Virus record (IMG/VR): IMGVR_UViG_3300010278_000003
Source: a virus
Strand: one strand, 5' to 3'
Length of the DNA: 64,000 bases
The notes under the pieces are model-generated. The model had not been told where the DNA came from. It did no database searches and saw nothing but the letters and a program-made list of their open reading frames with translations. The position numbers and the translations under genes were made by a program. Shown here piece after piece: positions 58,630 through 64,000 of the stretch. Positions within the stretch are counted from its first letter, which is position 1; each line of letters starts with the position of its first letter.

Positions 58630-59499
58630 ATGATAACATCAATTATAAAATTTATAGTTACAATCATAATACTTATATTAATAATAGCATTTACAAAAGA
58701 AAAAATAAAACTTAGTAAAAACTCTTCAAAGAGAACAATTACGATTAGCACCATCGTAGCAATCTTAGTTATACTTGCATCGACCGGATTTACTATTGTA
58801 CCAGCAGGTTATTCGGGCGTTAAGGTTGTTTTAGGTTCTGTACAGGATAAAGAACTTGATGCAGGACTTCATTTTAAAGTACCTTTTATAACAAAGATTG
58901 TGAATATTGATAATCATATTGTAAGAACAGATGTACAGGGTACAAGTAGCTCAAAAGACCTTCAGACAGTCTCATCAACATTTAGCGTAAACTATCATAT
59001 TATTCCGGGTTCTTCAGCAAGTCTTTATAAAAATATCGGCAAAGATGTAGAAAATGTAATTGTTCGTCCAGCTATTCAGGAGGCTTCAAAAGCAATTACT
59101 TCTCAGTTCTCAGCAGAAGAATTAATCACAAACAGATCTGTTGCAGGAACAAAAATGAAAGAAACACTACAAGAAAAGGTTAAGGAATATGGTGTAGCAA
59201 TAGACGAGTTTAATATAATTGACTTTGATTTTTCTTCTGAATTTAATGCAACAATCGAAGCAAAACAGACAGCGCAGCAACAGGCACTTAAAGCCGAACA
59301 GGATTTAGAGAGAATCAAAGTAGAGGCTGAACAGAAGATTACAGAAGCACAGGCTGAAGCAGAAGCTTATAAATTAAAATCACAGCAGATAACAGACGAA
59401 ATGATTAGAATGACAGCAGTGGAAAAATGGGATGGTAAGCTTCCTACAGTTATGACTGATGGTTCGAATATTCTTGATATTGCAGAATTAACTAAATAA
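58630..59499 (+). CDS. SPFH/band-7 (prohibitin-like) membrane protein
   Basis: N-terminal TM helix, then an SPFH domain (TIVPAGYSGVKVVLGSV…) and a C-terminal Ala/Glu/Gln coiled coil. Alternative start GTG 58594. Confidence 0.6.
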   Translation: MITSIIKFIVTIIILILIIAFTKEKIKLSKNSSKRTITISTIVAILVILASTGFTIVPAGYSGVKVVLGSVQDKELDAGLHFKVPFITKIVNIDNHIVRTDVQGTSSSKDLQTVSSTFSVNYHIIPGSSASLYKNIGKDVENVIVRPAIQEASKAITSQFSAEELITNRSVAGTKMKETLQEKVKEYGVAIDEFNIIDFDFSSEFNATIEAKQTAQQQALKAEQDLERIKVEAEQKITEAQAEAEAYKLKSQQITDEMIRMTAVEKWDGKLPTVMTDGSNILDIAELTK

Positions 59500-59692
59500 T
59501 TAAATCAAATATTATGGTGCTAACTTTGCATGTTAGTTAAATGTCCAGTAAGGTTAAGGCGTAGAAAACAAAACTCATTAAGAGGGATTAGTGATAGTTG
59601 CCGAAAGAGGAAACAGCCATATTATTAATAATTAAAAATGCAATTAACCTATTCAAAAAGTATCTTAATAGGTATAACTAAAGGAGTTAAAA

Positions 59693-59902
59693 ATGAAAAA
59701 ACTTAAACCCTTAAAAAAAATTAAAGCACCAAATTTTACGTTATATCCCGATGAAGAATATCCAATTACATATGAAAACGAAACTACGTATTATGCTCGA
59801 ATTATGAATATTAAATTTGGGATAGACAGAAGTTTTGAAAACGATTTATTTGAAATTATAATTGAAAAACCAATGGCTCGCAATCCCATTAGCTTTAGCT
59901 GA
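59693..59902 (+). CDS. hypothetical protein
   Basis: 69-aa ORF. AAAGGAGTTAAAA RBS. Confidence 0.45.
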   Translation: MKKLKPLKKIKAPNFTLYPDEEYPITYENETTYYARIMNIKFGIDRSFENDLFEIIIEKPMARNPISFS

Positions 59903-59930
59903 TGGGTTAAGAGCCTAAATACAAATACAA

Positions 59931-60134
59931 TTAATCAATATCAGATACTTCAAAAATATCATTCGGAGTACATCCCAAAGCATTGCAAATTTTATCAATC
60001 ATTTCAAATTTAATGCTTGATGTTTTATTATTACAAAGATTTGTAATGTTTGGATAAGTAATTCCTGTATGATTTGCTAACCAGTAACGAGATTTGTTTT
60101 GTTGTTTTAATACATTGTCAATTATTATTTTCAT
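59931..60134 (-). CDS. HTH (XRE/Cro-C1 type) transcriptional regulator
   Basis: 67 aa with HTH signature SRYWLANHTGITYPNITNLCNNK. AGGAGG RBS. Its start codon sits in a CATAGTATATTA direct repeat. Confidence 0.6.
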   Translation of the reverse strand: MKIIIDNVLKQQNKSRYWLANHTGITYPNITNLCNNKTSSIKFEMIDKICNALGCTPNDIFEVSDID

Positions 60135-60249
60135 AGTATATTACCTCCTGCATAGTATATTATCATAAATATATATTACTTGCAATAATATTATTGACAA
60201 TATATATCGCATATGATAATATAATAGTAGGAAGTGAGGTGATAGGTAA

Positions 60250-61356
60250 ATGTTAAAAGCGTATAAATGCAGAATTTATCCAAACAAGGAACAAGAGGAA
60301 CAGATTCATAAAACTTTTGGCTGTTGTAGATTTGTTTATAATCAAACACTATCATATAGAAAAGATAAATATGAGCAAAGCAAACAATCTATGAATAAAA
60401 CTTCTTGTAATAATTATGTTAATCAGATTCTTAAAAAAGAATACGAATGGCTCAAAGAAGTTGATAAGTTTGCTTTGACAAATTCTGTATATAATATGGA
60501 TTCAGCGTATCAGAAATTCTTCAAAGAACACACAGGCTATCCTAAATTTAAGAGCAAGAAAAATCCTAAAAGAAGTTATACTACTAATTTCACAAATGGG
60601 AATATAGAAGTTGCTGATAATAAAATCAAACTTCCAAAACTTAAATGGGTAAAGGCAAAAATTCACAGAGAATTTCAAGGACAAATTAAGTCTGTAACTA
60701 TTTCTCAAACCCCAAGTGGGAAGTATTTTGTATCTATATTAGTAGAAACAGAACACATTCCAATGGTTTCAACAGGGAGTATGATTGGATTGGATTTGGG
60801 TATTAAAGATTTGCTTATCACTTCTGATGGAGAAAAATATGACAATATTCGTACTACTAAGAAATATGAGAAGAAATTAGCAAAAGAACAAAGAAAATTA
60901 TCTCATAAAGTAAAAGGTAGCAAGAATTGGAATAAGCAAAGAATTAAAGTAGCACGTATCCATGAGAAAATTCATAATACAAGAATTGATAGCTTACATA
61001 AAATCTCTCATAAACTTGTTCAGGAAAACCAACTAATAGTTAGTGAAGATTTGGCAGTAAGCAATATGGTAAAGAATCATAATCTTGCAAAAGCAATTTC
61101 AGATTGTGGATGGTATGAATTAACTCGACAGATAAGTTATAAATCTAAATGGAATAATCGACGGTATATTAAGATTGGAAGATTTACTAAGAGTAGTCAA
61201 CCTTGCAATGTGTGTGGTTATATCAATACAGAAACAAAAAATTTATCTGTAAGGGAATGGATATGTCCTAAATGTGGCACAAAACATGATAGAGATATAA
61301 ATGCTGCGATTAATATACTTAACGAAGGATTACGGTTATTAAAAGAAACAGCATAA
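60250..61356 (+). CDS. tnpB: TnpB (OrfB) RNA-guided endonuclease, IS605 family
   Basis: N-terminus MLKAYKCRIYPNKEQEEQI. RuvC-I IGLDLGIKD, RuvC-II VSEDLAV. Zn finger CNVCGY…CPKCG. RuvC-III HDRDINAAINI. Confidence 0.8.
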   Translation: MLKAYKCRIYPNKEQEEQIHKTFGCCRFVYNQTLSYRKDKYEQSKQSMNKTSCNNYVNQILKKEYEWLKEVDKFALTNSVYNMDSAYQKFFKEHTGYPKFKSKKNPKRSYTTNFTNGNIEVADNKIKLPKLKWVKAKIHREFQGQIKSVTISQTPSGKYFVSILVETEHIPMVSTGSMIGLDLGIKDLLITSDGEKYDNIRTTKKYEKKLAKEQRKLSHKVKGSKNWNKQRIKVARIHEKIHNTRIDSLHKISHKLVQENQLIVSEDLAVSNMVKNHNLAKAISDCGWYELTRQISYKSKWNNRRYIKIGRFTKSSQPCNVCGYINTETKNLSVREWICPKCGTKHDRDINAAINILNEGLRLLKETA

Positions 61357-61475
61357 CAAATATTTTAGTACGGTAGGAACTATCGGAATTTACGCTTGCA
61401 GAGTTAGTAGGTTACGAGGACGATGAAGCAAGAAGCCCTGAAGCTTTAGCTTCTGGGTGGTTCACAAACCAAAAG
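61300..61475 (+). ncRNA. candidate omega RNA / IS right-end scaffold of TnpB
   Basis: Overlaps the tnpB 3' end and the region just past it. Hairpins GAAGC-TTTA-GCTTC and AGAAGCCC…GGGTGGTTC. Position matches where omega RNAs are known to lie. Confidence 0.3.
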
Positions 61476-61495
61476 AAAAATAAAGGAGTGATTAA

Positions 61496-61744
61496 ATGTA
61501 TTTTTGTTCAAACTGTAATTCGACCTTTACCGATCCTACTGTTTACATTGAAAAGCATGGATTAGATTCTCCACCTTATGAAAAATTAAATGTGTGTCCC
61601 TATTGTAATTGTTCTGATATTTTTGAAACTAAAAAGTGTGATATTTGCGGAGAAGTAATCACAGGAAATTATATAAAACTATCAAATGACATGATTATTT
61701 GCTCAGACTGTTATACAAAGAAAAACATTATAGAGGGGAATTAA
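61496..61744 (+). CDS. zinc-ribbon protein
   Basis: CSNC…CPYC…CDIC…CSDC. AAAGGAGTGATTAA RBS. Confidence 0.5.
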   Translation: MYFCSNCNSTFTDPTVYIEKHGLDSPPYEKLNVCPYCNCSDIFETKKCDICGEVITGNYIKLSNDMIICSDCYTKKNIIEGN

Positions 61745-61746
61745 AT

Positions 61747-61896
61747 ATGATTACAGGAAAAATTTTTCTTAATATTTTGTTAGTTATCCTATTAGTTATT
61801 TTTGGATTTGGGATAGGAGTGACAGTCAAAGAGTATCACAGTTTTAAAGATTTAGAAAATTATTTTTTTAATAAAGAGAACAAGGAGAAGAAATAA
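61747..61896 (+). CDS. small membrane protein (49 aa)
   Basis: ATG 61747 after GAGGGGA. TM helix [19 protein letters not shown]. Confidence 0.4.
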   Translation: MITGKIFLNILLVILLVIFGFGIGVTVKEYHSFKDLENYFFNKENKEKK

Positions 61897-62330
61897 TGAA
61901 TATTAAAATCAAATATTTTGACAATGAAATTGATAAAATAACTTTCGTAAACGGGGAAAAATCGGACTGGATAGACCTTAGAAGTGCGGAAACGGTACAT
62001 CTAAAGAAAGGGGAATTTCATTTGATTCCATTAGGAGTAGGAATGAAGTTACCAGAAGGTTATGAAGCGAATATTGTTCCACGTAGCAGTACATACAAGA
62101 ATTTCAAAATCATACAGACAAATTGTTTTGCCGTTATTGATAACAGCTATTGTGGAGACTCAGATCAGTGGTTCTATCCTGCATTAGCTATGGAAGATAC
62201 TACAATAAATAAGAACGATAGAATATGTCAGTTCCGAATTATGGAGAAAATGCCTCGTGTTGGTTTTGAAATAGTTGAACATCTTGATGAAAACAGTAGG
62301 GGTGGGTTTGGTTCATCTGGCAAGAACTAA
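61896..62330 (+). CDS. dut: dUTP diphosphatase (dUTPase)
   Basis: dUTPase motifs [21 protein letters not shown] and RGGFGSSG. Confidence 0.75.
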   Translation: MNIKIKYFDNEIDKITFVNGEKSDWIDLRSAETVHLKKGEFHLIPLGVGMKLPEGYEANIVPRSSTYKNFKIIQTNCFAVIDNSYCGDSDQWFYPALAMEDTTINKNDRICQFRIMEKMPRVGFEIVEHLDENSRGGFGSSGKN

Positions 62331-62341
62331 AAGGTGATATT

Positions 62342-62530
62342 ATGGAAGATTTTAATTCAAAAGCTTTACTTTCTGTTAAAGAATTATGTATTTATTTAAG
62401 TATAGGGGAGACTAAAGCTAGAGAATTATTACATGATTATAAAAATGGATTTACAGTACATATAGGTAATAGATTATATGCTCATAAAGGGCGATTGGAC
62501 AAGTGGTTGAGCGAACAAATAATCTGTTAA
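62342..62530 (+). CDS. xis: excisionase-like HTH DNA-binding protein
   Basis: LLSVKELCIYLSIGETKARELL HTH. Lies immediately upstream of the integrase. Confidence 0.5.
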   Translation: MEDFNSKALLSVKELCIYLSIGETKARELLHDYKNGFTVHIGNRLYAHKGRLDKWLSEQIIC

Positions 62531-62574
62531 TTAAAACAATTTGTTTGATAGAAAATAATTATAGTGTTAAAATA

Positions 62575-62607
62575 GGGACAGATGACTTAATTCTGTCCTT
62601 ATTTTTT
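62575..62607 (+). terminator. Rho-independent terminator between xis and int
   Basis: GGGACAG-atgacttaatt-CTGTCC followed by TTATTTTTT. Confidence 0.6.
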
Positions 62608-62624
62608 ACCTAAAAGAAAGGAAG

Positions 62625-63821
62625 ATGTTTATGGGTAAATCCCTAAATGGTAAGGAATTAGGAACAGGAATTTCTCAAAGAAAAGATGGGAGGTATCAAG
62701 CACGTTTTATAAATAGATTTGGCAACCGTCAAACTATTTATGCCAAAACAATTACGGAAATCACCAGAAGGTTACGAGAAGAACAGTATCAAGATGAGAA
62801 ACAAGTTAATGTTGTAAGTTCATCTATGACGTTAGATGAATGGTTTGAAGAATGGATTGTTACATGTAAAGTAAATTGTAGAAATACAACTCTAAGAACC
62901 TACAGATATAATTATAATAGGTTAAGAGAGGAACTTGGATGGAGAAAGCTTAATGATCTGAACCTAATAGTCGTACAAAAAGTATTTAATAATTTAAGCA
63001 CTGATAATATGAGAAAAACGAGCAAAATTGTTTTTAATAATATGATGAAGAGTGCTTTAAAATCAAAATTAATTACGACAAATTTTGCTACTGATATTAA
63101 TATTAAAACAAGCAAAACAGTCAAAAAAGAAAAAGGTAAAAAAATAACTGTATCTAATACAGCAAAAAAAGAAAGAAGAGTTTTGACTGATAAAGAAATC
63201 GAAACAATTTTACAAGATACAATTATTAACAACCGTAAATTGTATAATTTTATAGTTGTCGCATTAGGAACAGGAATGAGATCGGGTGAAATACTTGGTC
63301 TTACATGGGATTGTATTAACTTTGAAAATAATACTATTAATATTGAAAAAACACTTGTTTCAGTCGGTGGAAATGGTGCAGGTTGTTATGAATTTCATTT
63401 GCCTAAAACAGAATCAGGAATTAGAGAAATCCCAATGACAAAAAAGGTTAATGAAGCTTTCAAAAATCAAAAAGAAATAAAATCAAGTATTGAAGTAAAA
63501 TATAAAGCTCGTGATGATTTTGAAGATCTAGTATTTTGTAGTATACACAACAGACCACTTAATACTAAAAATATTATTAGATCAATTAAAACCGCCAGTA
63601 ACAGAATAAATGAAAAAAATTCAGAATTAAGTTTTAAACCATTTACTCCACATGAAATGAGGCATACCTTCGCAACAAAAGCTATTGCAAAAGGTATGCG
63701 CCCAAAGAGTTTGCAGAAGATTCTTGGTCATAGCAATTTAGCTATAACCATGAATCTCTACTGCCATGTTGAAAGCGAATCTCTCAAAGAACAAATGAGT
63801 CTGCTTGACGAAATGGTGTAA
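62625..63821 (+). CDS. int: tyrosine-type site-specific integrase
   Basis: N-terminal GISQRKDGRYQARF. Catalytic region HEMRHTFATKAI…LGHSNLAITMNLYCHV with the R…HxxR…Y signature. Confidence 0.8.
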   Translation: MFMGKSLNGKELGTGISQRKDGRYQARFINRFGNRQTIYAKTITEITRRLREEQYQDEKQVNVVSSSMTLDEWFEEWIVTCKVNCRNTTLRTYRYNYNRLREELGWRKLNDLNLIVVQKVFNNLSTDNMRKTSKIVFNNMMKSALKSKLITTNFATDINIKTSKTVKKEKGKKITVSNTAKKERRVLTDKEIETILQDTIINNRKLYNFIVVALGTGMRSGEILGLTWDCINFENNTINIEKTLVSVGGNGAGCYEFHLPKTESGIREIPMTKKVNEAFKNQKEIKSSIEVKYKARDDFEDLVFCSIHNRPLNTKNIIRSIKTASNRINEKNSELSFKPFTPHEMRHTFATKAIAKGMRPKSLQKILGHSNLAITMNLYCHVESESLKEQMSLLDEMV

Positions 63822-64000
63822 AAATGGTGTCAAACAGCATTTGATACCTCAAAAACCCCGTATTTTCAACATGTAAATGAAATATATGAATAAATAAATA
63901 AATTAGGGGCTGAAGTGGATTAAACCATGCATAAACTCGTTACAAACCTTGATATTATGGGCTTTCTAAGCATTTGTAAATTATTTCTAAATTCTTAAAA

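Larger units (their letters stand above)
60164..61475 (+). mobile_element. IS200/IS605-family TnpB-only (IS1341-type) element; ends approximate
   Basis: Left end has palindrome AATAATATTATT and promoter TTGACA(60194)-17-TAATAT. A single tnpB gene with no tnpA. Structured right end downstream. Confidence 0.5.

Noticed and set aside
63822-64000. attP or tRNA-fragment core downstream of int
   Set aside because: No tRNA 3' half or recognisable repeat is identifiable in the 180 nt available.

Overview
This is an AT-rich window (roughly 30% GC by eye) from a temperate phage or prophage of a low-GC Gram-positive host. About 120 tightly packed genes sit almost entirely on the + strand. The window covers early and accessory genes, a DNA replication and recombination module and a nucleotide-metabolism module, and ends with dut, xis and int. 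There are no capsid, tail, portal or terminase genes and no CRISPR array.

What stands out:
- A lysogeny-type switch: a small HTH repressor, an array of about five operator sites, and a divergent consensus promoter whose first gene is a MazF/PemK-like toxin.
- A phage-encoded tRNA-Gln(UUG).
- A sigma-70-like domain fused to a DUF262/ParB-like (DGQQR) domain.
- Two adjacent orphan DNA methyltransferases plus a third DPPF-motif methyltransferase.
- A Pth2-like peptidyl-tRNA hydrolase.
- A replication module: a putative SSB, an AAA_24/Sak4 ATPase, a DnaB-like helicase, a DnaG-like primase, a DHH/RecJ-like phosphoesterase, a family B DNA polymerase, a RecD-like helicase, a Gp157-family protein and a ClpP-like protease.
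- Two genes interrupted by group I introns that carry homing endonucleases: a PAPS-reductase-like gene with a GIY-YIG ORF, and nrdD with a LAGLIDADG ORF. NrdG, an ATP-dependent ligase, a guanylate kinase, an NDT-like protein, a dUTPase and an SPFH protein are also present.
- A TnpB-only IS605-family element with a candidate omega RNA.

Other notable signals:
- A GTTTCCTTTGGA-like motif just upstream of at least ten genes.
- A pair of long hairpins that differ by a compensatory base change.
- At least two strong cases (the DNA polymerase and the NDT-like gene) where conserved N-terminal domains lie upstream of the first canonical start codon, implying ATA/ATT initiation.

Splice sites and exact element boundaries are approximate. 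All calls come from reading the sequence; no database search was run.
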